Below, piece after piece: positions 1-13,178 of a DNA stretch of 64,000 nt; the stretch's first letter is position 1; each line of letters begins with the position of its first letter. The notes under the pieces are model-generated. The model was not told the origin of the DNA. It ran no database searches and saw only the letters and a program-made list of their open reading frames with translations. The position numbers were made by a program, and so were the translations under genes. The stretch comes from Coniocarpon cinnabarinum. Its lineage: Eukaryota. The stretch is from assembly GCA_051942205.1 (NCBI GenBank), contig JAVECO010000132.1:1-64000 (forward strand), written 5' to 3'.

Positions 1-3000
1 ATCACCCACCCAAGCCCACTCCACGACACCCACTCGCCCACATCCACCCGCCCCGCTCCAGCCGTCGAGCTGGGGACTGCATTCGCATTCGAAGGCTTGA
101 CCAAATTCCCTGGCGGCATAGCAGGCGTCGGCGTCGCACTCGCACTGCCACCACCAGGGATAACGGCACCCGGTCCGGGCGTCGCCATGGCTGACACAAC
201 CGCTCCAACGCCTGGATACGTCGATTTCCCGTCGACAATGATGGAGCCTGCTGCATTCTCGGAAAAGGTGTGACCGCCTATTACGGTTTTGTGGCCAGGT
301 TGCAGATGCGAGAGGGCTGATGCCATCATCATTGATTCTTGAGGATCGAGAGAGGCGACCTTGGGGAGTTGTTTGGCTAGTGCTGAGGCGAGCTCAGAGG
401 CGGCACTGAAGGTCGAGGTGCCGTCTTCGGCAAAGGCACCGTTTGCGAGACGGGAAATACTGTGGCCGTTTAGTATAGTCTCGGCGCCGGGACGGAGACT
501 CGCAAGGGCGTGATTGATACTTGAGGTGGCAGAAGCGGAGGCTATCGCGTCGTGCGCCATGTCTGATGCGAGGGCATTGGCTGATTTGAAAGTTGACGTG
601 CCATCTTCGACGTAGGCACCGTTCGCGAGACGCGAAATTCTATGGCCATTGATGACGCTTCCGGAATTGATGGGGATGCGCGATAGAGCGCCATCGAGGC
701 TTGAGGATTGAGAAGACTCGGACATCGCGGTGGAGGCGAGGACGTTGGCGAGCGCATGCGGATCGGTGAAGGTGGTGTCGCCGTCGACGTAAGCGCCGTT
801 GGGAAGGTGCTGGACGACGTGGCCGTTGAGCGAGGTGGCGGCGCCAGAGGGGATGTTGACCAGTTTTTGGCCGAGGCCGTTCGCGATAGACGATTGCGCA
901 ATGGCATTGCTGGCGAGTGCGGTTCCAAGGTCGGATGCGTCGTGGAAGGCAGAGCCATCTGCGATGAAGTCGCCATTGGGTGCTCTTGAGATGGTGTGCC
1001 CGTCTAATGTCATCGGTGCTCCGCCTGGAGAGAGCCTACCAACGCTGTTGCCAATGCTCGAGGGTATCGCAGCGTCCAGTGCCAACGCTGAACCGACGTC
1101 TCCTGGATGAGCAAACGTAGTCTGGCCATCGACCGCGAAGTGGCCATCCGGCGCTCGGGAGACGGTATGATCTCCAACCACGAGCGATGAGCCAGGTTGT
1201 AGATTCTCTGCTGCATGAGAGATCCCATCAGCAATGCTTGAGGGGTTCGCTATTGCACCGATACCAGTCTGCATTGGACCTGGTGGAGCCGTCAATGTTC
1301 CATCCATATCCAATAGGCCTCCTGGTGCAACTGATAGAGAGTGTGAGCCAATGATGAGCGGCGCGCCGCCGGCACTGAGTACAGCGCTATTGGCAGGTTG
1401 GTTCGAGCCACCTTGACCTGGGCCATTGCCACCAAGCGAAGCACCACTGGGTACTGGCAAATTGATCGTTGACCCTCCAAGATTGACTTGAACACTCGAT
1501 GACTGGGGACTGGGACCGGCGTTGGGATTTCCAAAGTTGAGTGCACCCACACCGCCAGCCTCGTTGTTCAATCCAGGCTGCGGTTGCACATTTGCACCAC
1601 CAGAGGAAGCACCGTTATCACCAGTGAGACCAGCGTTTCCACCGACAGCACCACCCGCGTTCCCAGCGTTACCGGACCCGCCACCAGCATCTCCACCGAC
1701 AGCACCGCCAGGGTTTCCAACATTGCCAGTGCCAGCGCCGCCATTACCATTAAGTCCAGCCTGCTGCGGTGTTCCTTGGCCACCAGAACCTGCGCCCGCA
1801 TTTTGAGGCGCCACTGGATTCTGCGACGGCGATGTTCCAGCATTCGATATGAACGATGCGAGAGCTGAGCTTGCCGGATCATTTGGTGGAGGTGCAGCCA
1901 CAGGAGCAGCCACCTGACCGTTGTTGGGGTCTGTGCCAGCTCCGCCAACATTGTTTGGAGTCGCAGGTTGAGCCTGCGCCGGCCCTGGTGCGGCTGGCTG
2001 AGGATTGTTGGAATTCGAACCAGATCCAGTGCCGCTATTGCGATTCGGATCGCCGGCTTGAGTAGTTGGCTGGGCTGGCGCAGCTGGCTGAGGTGCAGGT
2101 TGTTGTGGTGCGGGAGCTGCTTGTTGAGGAGGAGGTGCGGCTTGCTGGGGAGCGGGAGCAGCTTGTTGCGGTGCTGGTGCTGCTTGTTGAGGAGCAGGAG
2201 CGGCTTGCTGAGGAGCCGGAGGAGCCTGTTGCGGTGCTGGTGCTGCTTGTTGAGGAGCAGGCGCGGCTTGCTGAGGAGCCGGAGGGGCTTGTTGTGGTGC
2301 AGGAGCTGCTTGCTGTGGTGCTGGCGCCGGCGCAGCTTGTTGAGGAGCTGGGGCAGGTTGCTGAGGAGCAGGCTGAGCAGGAGCAGGTTGTGCGGGCGCC
2401 GGATTGGGGTTCTGTCCTAAAGCACCGCCAATTGTTGTAGGAGCAGGTGCTGGAGCAGGTGCGGGATTGTTGAGACTCGAGCCCAAGCCCAAAGCACCAC
2501 CACCGTTGCCCTGAGTCTGCTGGGGCGTCGCAGGAGGCTGTTGAGCTGGCGCGGGCTGTGCGGGAGCCGCAGTATTCGGGTCTGGTGCAGGAGCTGGTTT
2601 ATTAGTGTTCGGGTCTGCAGGCGGCGGCGCAGTGCTTGGAGGTTGTTGAGATGGTGGATTGACAGGCTGGAGAGGCCCTTGGACTATGGGGTCAGTCGTT
2701 TGCGGAGGGGCTGGTGGTGCAGTGCTGCCCGGTGCAGGGCTTGGTCCACCAGGCGGGGCGACAGGTCCTTGTGATTCAATAGTTGTAAATCCTATGCCAG
2801 AGATGGGCTGAGGTGGATCATACAATCCGTTGATCGCCAGGCTGCAAGTTGCTAATCGAGAGTCGAGGGATCGAATCTGAGTGGGTATAGATATCCACGG
2901 CTGGTAAGAATAGTCAAAGATTGTTGTTAGACTTTTGCCGGGCAGCTGGGCGCCACTCTGCGTCCAATTGTTCCAAAGAGGTGTCGACGCGAGAAAGTAC

Positions 3001-5147
3001 GGTCGGGCCCGCACAGGTCCATAAATATCTTCAAAAACGTATGGTTCTGCCGTCAATTGACCTTGAAAAGCTGGTCCTGGAGTCGTCCCTAAGCCGAGCA
3101 AGGTGGTCAAGACCTCTGAGAAGGGTTTGTCTGGGATCGTTTGAATGATGGAGGATAGATCTGAAGGAGGGACGGTGACCTTGATGTTTGTGAAGTTGGC
3201 AGAAGCATTCAAAGTAGCTGATTTGGAGGGTTAGCCAGCCCCGAGCACGCTTGTCTTTCTGTGAATTTCAACACTCACTACCAAACGAATCAGGGAACGG
3301 ATTGTGCCAAGCCGCGGCCAGCGAGTCGATCTCGAGTAAAATATCTGGCGACGTGACTGTCACGCCGTTGATGACTGCTGTGGTGATAACGACGGGCTTT
3401 CCCGTGATTGTGCCGTTAGTGGCATTCATACCATAGGTCCCGTTCAAGCCACCGGTGATATTTGGACCAACGGTAGGAAACGGAGGGGCAACGGTAGCTC
3501 CTGCAGAAGCAGGTATTGTGGCGTTTGTTGGGACAGAGTTATCTAGATTGGGTGTAAGTGTCTGTCAGCAATGAAGCTCACGTGTTTCACATACTAGAGG
3601 GTGTTGTGTATGCGCATGGATTCGTCTGAGTCGTGGTAGGAGGCCAGTAGTACAACCTGACATTGTTTCCAGACACTTGGCATGCATTCTCGTTAGGATC
3701 TGTATATGCCGAAGAGAACGCGGCCCCAGTTGGAGAACAAGCAGGAGTGATGGGCTCATTGTTAGCGCCCGATGTCCAGCTCGGATGCGCTGAGAGGAAT
3801 GAGGACCAGAGCCCTGCACAATCCTTTGCGCCAATGGTACACTTAGGCTCTGGAACAACGTATGATGGCGTTGTGGTTGACCCATACCTCTCTTCGCACT
3901 CCGGGTTCAACGGATCTTCAGCCTCCATGACCGGACCACTGACACCAGTGAGAGTCTGCAACCACACAGACGTAGTTGAGCCAGTAGGCGTCCAAGTGCC
4001 GTGCCTAAGAAAGTGATCAGGAACACTGACATAGTTGAGTACTTCTTCGCAGCACGACTTACGCCCGAGGAAACCCATCACACAGTGTTGTATAAGCTGG
4101 GCTGGCTGTCCCCACCAGCTAAAATTCGGAAGGTCAGTGACGGTCTTAATATATGTTATTGAGGATAGATGTCCACAATGTTCAGAAGCCAAACAGGCTG
4201 ACAACGTCAAACGAGGACAGTGTGGTGAGGAGCCGTGTTCGCACAAGTACGAACATCGTTTCACTCGGCAAGACAAAGGGTTCACTGAACCATCGCGTGA
4301 CGAAAGAAAGCCACACAGTCATGAACATGGGGGGTCAACGTACAGTAGTGCCTGTCTGATTTTGGGTAATCGCCGACATTACAGAGGTACCCTTAGAACA
4401 CGATATTAGTATGCAGTACTTGCAGAACGCCTAGTCTAGATGTTGGCCACATACTACGCGCACATTGTTCCAGATCAGACCCGACCACTGAGCGGACGCG
4501 GATGACCAGGCCCTCTCGTAGGAATTGCAGCTAGAAGCATAGGCAAGGCCGGTTCCATTGGCTGCAATCGAAGCAGGGGGCGACCAGAAAACAGTCGTCC
4601 AGAACGGACAAAGTTCGGTACCATTGGTAGAGTTAGAGGGGCCTGTGGTGTTGGCAGGGAAAGGAGGTGTAGTGATTGTAGGTATACCGGTGCCATTTGT
4701 TGAATTGGAGATGCCAGTGCCAGTAGCATTCGCTGGAAGAGGCGGTGCTGTGGATATTGGTACACTGGAAATATTGGTGCTGATACCACTGGTGTTCGTT
4801 GAAAGTGGTGGTGTTGTGGAAATCGGTATGCTGGAAGTATTCGTATTGATGCCACTGATGCTAGTGCTCTGCGTGAAGGATGCATTTGTTGTAGAAGGAC
4901 TCGTCAACGAACTGCTGGCAGCGCTAGAATCACCATAACTTGACGAGGATAAAGTGATGGACTGTGTGGCGGTCGCCGAAATAGACGACGAGATCGATGT
5001 GTTAGAGGAAGTTGAAGAATTTGTGATTGACGTGGTATTATACGTCGCCGTTGTTGAGAGAGGCGCTGCTGATATCGGTATCGTGTCTCCGCAAACGGAG
5101 CCTAGAAGTGCGACTATTGTCCATGCATAGAGGACAACGCATCGCAT
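1..5147 (-). CDS. Large secreted/cell-surface Ser/Thr/Pro/Gln-rich repeat protein (adhesin/cell-wall-like), 3' end outside window
   Basis: ATG at 5147 begins a signal peptide (MRCVVLYAWTIVALLGSVCG) followed by an S/T/N-x-T-rich region. Introns: GTGCGC..CTAAT..AAG (4463-4392), GTATGT..GCTGAC..TAG (~3594-3543) and GTGAGT..GCTAAC..CAG (3278-3218). The 4343-4119 junction is unresolved. A Cys-containing fungal domain (C..CT...C...VRLYYWP...YQPWISIPTQIRSLD..LATC....GLYDPP) follows. The last exon (3217 to <1) appears stop-free, which explains its absence from the ORF track, and ends in PSSTAGAGRVDVGEWVSWSGLGWV. Confidence 0.85.
2090..2400 (-). repeat. Coding tandem repeat, 21-bp unit (APAPQQA-like heptad) with 63-bp higher-order unit
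   Basis: Near-identical 63-bp blocks at about 2142-2204 and 2205-2267. The periodicity is visible in the shadow ORFs 1968..2420 and 2066..2440. Confidence 0.9.
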
Positions 5148-6851
5148 GACGGCTGGGACTGAACTTCCAGGCGTTGTACCGTACTCATTAGGCGCTGTTG
5201 GAGACGCTCAAGCTTTGCCGAGACGAGGAGAGAACCGCTAATCGAGCCCAAGAATGCTCTGTTTCAAACACCACAAGTCTATCGGCGCTGGTCAAACGAA
5301 TGACTGGCACTGCACGGCAATGCTGGATGACAGCGATGGCAAACAAAAGAGAATAATTCCACAAGTGTGGTGATTGAGAACATGCATGAAAAGAAAGTGA
5401 GCAGTCCTACCGCGCACAGCGCTTACCGCAAGGGCCCCCCGTCACTCTCCGCGATCGCGGGGGAAAAAGAGAAGTCTGCATCCTGAAACGAGGAGGCCAA
5501 ATAACGTGGCGCAGAGGCTGCACGCAGCGGAGTCATGCATCGCCAACCATTATGAGCAAGATCTTACCGAGTCGCGGGAGGGAGTGAACTCCACCTCACA
5601 CGCGTGTTCCAGCCCAGACGCTCAAGCTTCACCCTCATCCGGCATGTCCTGCGCCGCACGAAGCGGTGATCAGACGGATCATGCCGATAATGGGGTTCAA
5701 AGCAGGTAGACTGCGGTAAGCCTTCGCACCCAAAGCAGCACCGGGGCGGGACACTCAAAAGGCCAAAGAAGGGTGACCTCCTCCTGCCTGAGACGGCCTT
5801 TCAGTATGCGTGATCATTGTCTGTCATCCGGAATCTGCATTGCTGTGAGGGACGACTGTCTTGCTTGACATAGTGACCACCTGAAATGCGGGACAGCTTG
5901 CGAGACGAGCACGCGGCACAAGGAGGGTGGAGTGGGAGGGATGAGACTGATGAATGGTGAAGGAGGATGAGAGTCCACAGTCGCGAGTCGGCACGTGTCG
6001 GCATGACATGGATTGATGGTGCGCGGGTGTCGAGTGAAATGTACGTGACACTGCACCTCGCGCCCACTCACGCCACCGGACCAGCAGTCTCTCTCTTCAA
6101 TCGCCTCCGCGGCTGTCGGGGCCGTGACCCAGGAGGAGCAAAGAACGAACAGACGCCCAGCCGATCGACCACGTCGACTCAACGTGAAACTCCCTCACCA
6201 AGAATCGCCCCGCGTCCGTCTCAGCCGCAGCGGCACGTGTCGATTCACGCTACTGCCTGGCTCTGCCCGCATTGACCTATGGATGACTAGCTGTGCGAGC
6301 ACTCCAACACCCTCTGCTGCTTCCCACGCGCATCATCTGTGTTGGCCGGCGTGTTGGTCGAGTAGTAAGCATCTAGTCGACGACTCATTGCGTCACGTCG
6401 CAGGTAGTCAGGCACTAATTTTCGACTTCAATCGCTTCGTGACATATATTGCAGTAGCACTTGCTCTACCGCTGTTCGGCTCGTAAGATGCAGGCGCGCT
6501 GGGAAAATGACAAGGACTCGGCCCACAGGCTCACGCTAATTTTCAGCACCCAAGAGCCTGTGAGCATGACCCCAAAGCGTCCGTCAGGGATTGACGCGAG
6601 GGCCACGGACGGAGTACTGGCCTGTCTTGACTCTGATGCCCTCTCTCGGGACTCTTGATGACAGCCCTGTGCAGGCAAAAGACGCGATATTGCAGTTTCT
6701 GAAATCAAAGAGGACTCTTCCGATGACGGTCGTACCACGCGGTGCCTGTGCCGCTGGAATAGCTGTACATATCCACAATCAATACGCCCGTAGGCAACTC
6801 CTCCCAATGCATCCGGCCCATGGGCATCCCTTCGTGCAATCATCGATTTTC

Positions 6852-8710
6852 TCATCGCCTGGGCTCCAAACGCTCTCCCGTCCGTGTGCCAGCCGACCCC
6901 CCTCCCATTGCTCCAGCGTTTGAGAGCAGGCCTGCTGTATCACTCTCGTCGGGCACTCGCAACGGACTCACAGCCCGGCCACCTGCTCGGGACGGGTCAT
7001 CGTAAGGGCTGCTCGAGTAAGGACTTGTCCCAGCCGGATAAAGGGGGTATGGCGCAGGCGGCAGTTCCTCTCCGTAATACGCCGTCCTGCCATTGTCGTT
7101 CGCTCCGTGATATGATGTGTCGTACTGCTGTGGTGGAATGTCTGCCAGGTCGCCACTCATGGGGCTTGGGCCTCTGCCTCCAACGTGACTTCCGGCACTG
7201 CTTCCCACGTACGTCGTGCTTTCGGATGCGCTCTCTGCCCTTCTCTCTGCGCTCTGTCGCCTACTAATATGATCGACCTGTTCTTGGGACAAATGCCTCT
7301 CTCTATGCATTGAAGTCGGGCCTCCTTGTCCAACAGGACCCAACTTAGTGCTACTGTAGTAAGCTCCTGCCTCACCTTCCCCATTGGTGCCAAGGACGCC
7401 ATTGTCGACATCCCATCCGCCGCCAGGCTTGTAGCTGCTGTCTTCTCGTCGGTGTCTGACACCCACAAACAGCCACCTGAAGCCCCTCGCGCTGGATTTG
7501 ACAATATCCCAAGGGTTTCCGGCATCTAGGTACGCTTTGATGCCAAGAATGCCACCCTCATAATGTGGCTTGCCGGAATAGCCTGCCCCCGGCGCAGTGA
7601 CGGGATCTGTGCTTGTCAGAGAATAGGCCTTCCAAGGAAATGCAAAGAGATGTAACACGGCGAAGATGGCCATCTCAATGCAAAGGAGGATAGAAGGAAT
7701 GCCGACTTTCACGTCCATATACGCAATGTGCTCTGTGGGATGGAATGATGTTGACGCAAAGCCAATCAAGAACTAGAGGGTCATATCAATAACAGGTCCA
7801 TTGTGCGATGCGAATTAGTAGTACTCACGCTTTGCCAGAAGCTGAAGAAGATGACCAACTTGATGGCCAGCAACTTCAAGATAGGCTTATGCTCCTGAAT
7901 ATCGCCTTTGATTTGGAAATAGAATTGGAAAATGCAATACATTGCGATGGTAACGCCAAGCGCATTGAACACTTGTATCCAGACATGACTGAATGCGGGG
8001 TTGAGGCTGGCCTCGCAGTAGCGACCTGCGGCTTGAGTGATGAGCGCCACGAAGGTGAAAAAGATGCGTATGAAACAGTATTGGAATATCCCAATCCACA
8101 TGATATTAAACCATGTGAGCCCACTTGATGGCACACGCAGGATACCGCGAGCTTGACCGCCAGTGCATTTTTGAAACCAATTCAGCGGCAGTATCCAGTT
8201 CTTGGGCTTTTGATGTCGAAAGTATTCCTTTTGCTCGTGCACGTTTGTTGCGCAGTAATTGCACATGAGTGTAAAGAAGGCGGCTATTGCGAAAGCTTCA
8301 TAGCAATCTCGAAGGACCTGATAGTAAATGTAGTTTTTGTATCTCCAGAATGACAGCCAGGAGACCAGAGCGTATATAGGAGTCATGAAAAGGATGCGTA
8401 TGATGCTGTCAGGGTTCATTAGTTCGCATCCTTCTTGCTAGCGCTTGCGCCGTGTAAACGTACTGCTTTTGTTCCCATGGTCTGGAGTAATGCATAGCAT
8501 GCTGTATGATTAGATACAGTGATATGATGACGGCAACGATTGCGAATGCAGCCGATATCCACAATCCACTCGTGTGGAAAGTAGCGTGAGTTGAGCCATA
8601 TGGAGTTTCATGGACTGCGTCAGGAGAGCAACGATCAGCAAGCAAACTGTATACGAGGCACCTCGACACTCACTTGACTCGTCTTCGAGTGTGGAGTTGC
8701 AGACCGGCAT
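6852..8710 (-). CDS. TMEM184 / organic solute transporter OST-alpha (DUF300, Hfl1-like) membrane protein
   Basis: Exons ~8710-8674, 8614-~8466, ~8408-7829 and ~7776-6852 with canonical introns. Motifs IIRILFMTPIYA, RDCYEAFAIAAFF, KLLAIKLVIFFSFWQ and LLCIEMAIFAVLHLFAFPWKAY. Confidence 0.92.
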
Positions 8711-9913
8711 AACTTGATGCTCCCATACGTCGCGGCGCGCGCCTCAACTTGAGCGGGATTCGTCACCTGGAAGCGCGCTGATTCCGTGGTGCCAATGAAG
8801 CTTCGTCGGCCTTGCTCTGGCACGCTTCGGTGTGTTGAGATAATGTCAAGCAGATCAATAGTCGAGGGACTCTAGTTGCGTCTTCAAAAAACGCTCGCCC
8901 ATAGACGGAGCAGGGTTTGTCGAAGGAGGCAGTGTTCGTGTTGCGACACAAAGGGATTATGGGGGCTGCATCCGGTGACAAGACGACGGCTATCGTGATT
9001 CCAAGGCCAGTGGCGGAGCTCGAGGGTAATGACGGGGCGGCCGTTCTCAAAAGCGGAATGTGATGAGTATGTAGCAATGTCTGAAGCTCAAATCATTGAA
9101 GAAGTGTCGCTCGTACAATGCCACCTGCACTGCATACGCGCCTGGCGTAACTACCAACTTGCCCATACAGCTGTGATTGGGGCTTAGCACGTGGAAAGCG
9201 CACAGACCAAGAGGTCCGCGGGTCTATCGTCAAAGTTGTGGCCGCGCAAAGACAGTGCGGAGCACGAGTCCGGGCGAAGGGCCCTTAATCGTTGAGGGCT
9301 ACCGGCCTCCAGCAATCGTCCAGCTAGGCGAGAGGACCCTGCGCCTTACTGCCCACCTCACTGGTGCAGTATCACGTACTTTGATACAGGACTCTTCTCT
9401 TTTCGATGGATGCTCGTTCCATCCCCTCGATCTCGAAACTGAGACTACCTACCACCTCAATAGCAATGCAGCATCCCAATAAGTCTTCGCCGAGGCTCTC
9501 CTGCCCCAACCTGACATTACAGAGCAGAGACTAGGCAGCAAGGCAAATTGTGAGTACGAATGAGAGTCACAGGGAGGAGGAAAACCAGGTGCGGGGGTGC
9601 GTGATGCCTCCACCTACGCCACTGGCATGCAGTTCACTGGCGCAAATCATCAAATTAGGAGCAGTATTATCTCTTCCCCAGCCCTTGTCTGCCTAGGTGT
9701 CTGCCTAAGTCCCAAACTGTTTGACAACGACATGAAATGCATAAATTGAGTGGAATGGCGCTCATCAAAGGGATGTTGGGCTTGCACCGATCATCACCTT
9801 TCACATCTCAGGTTGTGCGTGGGCTCGGCAGCCTTCTCAAATCGCACAGACAAGCTTGGAACGCAACCCCATTTTGCAAATACCCGCATTGGCGCACTAT
9901 AAGACCACTGAAT

Positions 9914-11699
9914 ATGGCTCACACCGAGTCGCCCCGGATCTCCAACACTGGGCACAGTTCAGAGCCATCTTCCAAGGAGTACAGTTCAGAAGCATCTTCC
10001 GAGGAGCACAGTCCAGACCCAGGCAACCTCAACGACCCCATGGCCTACGACAGATACTTGCTTAATCAACTGAAGCATTTCATTCAAGCAGAAAATGCTA
10101 GCGCCACCTTCGCTTGTGCCGGCAATGTCTTGTTCGATTTAGAGGCAGCACCATTCGACACTCTGATCCCTCATGCCCGCGCTTTGACTCGGCCAGTGAC
10201 CCTACGTTGGGATTCTTTGCAGTCCACAACCACTCCTAAGATGGAGTTCGGTACTCGAGAGGCCAATGGGGAGAGTCTTAAGCATTTGCTGGATGACTGC
10301 CAGGTTGCCGGTTTCGGTTTCAACGGCAAAGACGTCGTTGATGAGAATTACCGCAAAGCTCACAAGATGAATGCTGCTCAGTTCTGCACAGACTTCAGCC
10401 CCTACGAAATTGGCATATGGTTCGTTCGTGTCACCGAGAGGTCAACAAGCCGAGAAGCAGCCTGCTAAGACATATGCAGTGATGCTATTGCTCAAGTGTT
10501 GATGCCCAGTGTCGTCGGGGCTGACAAAGTTCGCGGTGTTCGAGCGGAGCTGTACAGCTTGAACGTTTACTCAGCGCCTTCTGGCAAGTTTGATGCTCAT
10601 GTTGATACACCTCGTAGCCCTTCGCAGTTTGGGAGCTTGGTTGTTTGTCTACCGTATGCTCATGAAGGCGGTCAATTGCTTGTGAAGCATGCTGGTCAGA
10701 CTATGGAGTTTGATTGGTCTGATAATGCCACTGCAGATCAACATCCTGTGAGTCTACGTAACGTTATTGCACATACCTGCTCCAAGACTGACTACCCGTA
10801 TTAGCTCATCAAGTGGGCAGCATTCTACAGTGACTGCGAACACGAAGTACGCGAAGTGACTTCTGGACATCGGATCACTTTAACGTACAATCTACATTTT
10901 GCTGAAGGTAGCGGCATGTTAGCTGGACTGGGCGCCATCAACTCCATGTCTCTGCCGCTTTACGGCTATTTTCAGGCCATGCTCAAAAATCAGCGATTCA
11001 TGGAGCAAGGGGGTATTCTCGGCATCCGTAAGTTCTGCTGAATCAGTCATCATATCGTGTATGACAGACTGACCTATTGCAAATAGCGTGTGCGCACGCA
11101 TATCCCCATGCAGTCGATAAGAATGTACACTGCCTACCTGGAGCCCTAAAAGGCGTGGACATGGCTACATGTGAAGCCATGCGAGCTATTGGCTTGGAGA
11201 CTCGTCTCCGGCCAGTTCTTGACGGGAACATTGGGAGGCTGCCGATTAAATTTTTACAAGAAGAGGACCCGGAATTTGATGAAGAAAGATACGATTACGA
11301 ATGTGATCACTATTCAGGCGATTTCGAGGCTCAACCCGGTCGCGCGACGCTCGTTGGCAACGACATGCATTCATTCCAGGAGGGCGGGGAGGCCCGCGAC
11401 GATGACAATATTGGTCCCTTCGACGTGATCGACGACGGGTGGCCCAGTGAAATTGAGAAAATCACGTGGATCGCGAACAAGCACAAGCATGAAGATGCGG
11501 CGTTTGCATACCTGGCGGTGAGTCGCGGCGTCCGCGTTGGCTCTGGACCAGCACTGACTGCAGCTTTCAGTACGGCAATGAGTCCTGGCTCAGCACGATG
11601 TACTCGTTTGCGGCGCTTCTTGTGAAGGTTCCACCGAGCAGCATGCGCAAGATCGATGAACATGCTCCTGAGAAAGGCGTGGAGGCGACTCAAAAGTGA
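9914..11699 (+). CDS. 2-oxoglutarate/Fe(II)-dependent dioxygenase (prolyl-4-hydroxylase-like fungal family)
   Basis: Five exons (9914-10419, 10480-10747, 10805-11027, 11087-11517, 11571-11699) splice in frame. HxD motif (FDAHVDTPR), GSLVVCLP..HEGGQL, and WAAFYSDCEHEV..VTSGHRITLTYNL giving the distal His and Arg. Confidence 0.9.
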
Positions 11700-11809
11700 G
11701 TTGGCCAATTTCGGACGAGGCAAGGGTAGTGGAGAGGGACGGGAGAAAGTGAGGAGTATATAGGCAGCTCTCATTACCTGATGCGAGGGAGATGTGTGCC
11801 TGCTCTCAA

Positions 11810-11810
<1 letters not shown>

Positions 11811-11841
<31 letters not shown>
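11811..11841. repeat. (CTGCTC)n hexanucleotide microsatellite, ~5 units
   Basis: cctgctcctgctcctgctcctgctcctgctc read directly. Confidence 0.9.
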
Positions 11842-12068
11842 TTGTGCAGCGGAGTGAGTGGTTTGGGGATCTTCTGGCGCACTAAGATCGGGAAGGCCCC
11901 GGTCAGTACTGTAAGGTATCCACTTGCCCATGACCACTTCCTCACCGCACTTTGGGAGACTGGTGTAACGCACCACTCTGTTCTCTCTTGCTCAAACCAT
12001 CTCATCCCTTTCTTGTTCCCAGCTCTTGCGCAATATAGTCGTAAACGCGCGAGCAGAAAGACAACAAT

Positions 12069-13178
12069 ATGTTAGCACTGCTGGTTCTCTTGACCTGGGC
12101 GGGGTTTGTGTTTGTCAAGGCTGTACCGCTGCCATTGCCACAGGATGCTGCGGGTGGCGCGTCGACGACGAATCAGACAGCAACAGTAGGTGTTTAATGT
12201 TCTGCACGTTCACGACCCATCCTCTAGTCGTGCGACTGCTACTGGCAGGTGAGTTCTGAATGTTGGTTTCATTTCTATCTTCTGGGTGGACTCTCAATTT
12301 GGGTTGGCCGGACTTAATGATACCAGCAAGTTCTGCAATGCTCGCCCGGGTGAGACGATCATGTCAAACAGGCTGCTCCTTTTCGGCGTCGTTACACGAC
12401 GCCGGCCACGCATAAAGAGCTATAGGATCGGGAAGAACGCTACACCTCCGATACGAACCAAGCTGACTGACGAGTTCTCTTGCAGGATGCAGTTATCAGT
12501 TGAAGTAATCCGTCACTAACGCAAGTCCAGTTTGAGAACGTCACTGACACTGGCTTCGGTGTGAGCCCCACGCTGCCCGGTGTATACAAGGAGCTTTACT
12601 TCGGTCTATTCGAGCAGGGCCCGTATGAGGTATGCTCAATCCTGCATAGACGTCCATGTGCACCTTTCCAATAATCAAATCAACAGTACGCCGCAGGTCA
12701 GCCTGTCGGTATTGCGCCTCAGTCCTTCCCTGTAGAAGCAGTCTTCGGCTACAGCTTCACGTCTCCGGAAGGACCCGCCTATCTCACCACTAACTACAAT
12801 ACCTCCGCCGTTCGAAGCTTCCAGCTGTTTGACTTCTACTTTGGTTGCCAAGCTCGGTACAACTACACCTACCCCGGCGGTTCGGAGGTGACACTGGCTC
12901 CTCAGAATTGCACACTGACCGTCAGCGGATTCTGCGAGGACGATACGAGCGTTCCGCCCACTTCGCAGGCGACCTTTGATTTTGTACCGAACTTGAATGT
13001 CAATTCAGCCGTAGGAATCAGCTACTCGACCATGATGCGCGCGGTGTTACCAGACAGTTTCCGAGGTATGAGAACGGTACAATTTTCGGCGGTGAATAGC
13101 TCTGCGACGGCGTTGTCGTCGCCTGCGGTCTTTGTGGACAGTATGTCATACGCGGTCACGCACGCCGCAGAAGGCTGA
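12069..13178 (+). CDS. Small secreted multi-exon protein of unknown function
   Basis: Signal peptide MLALLVLLTWAGFVFVKAVP. Several short exons. Last exons read FENVTDTG..GVYKELYF..|..GIAPQSFP...SFQLFDFYFGC...PQNCTLTVSG...FVDSMSY, a pattern seen in a fungal beta-rich secreted family. The 5' micro-exons are uncertain. Confidence 0.75.

Noticed and set aside
542..2774. Many listed ORFs on both strands (e.g. 1968..2420, 2066..2440, 1568..1951)
   Set aside because: These are shadows or alternate frames of the long minus-strand exon 3217 to <1. Their periodicity comes from its coding repeats.
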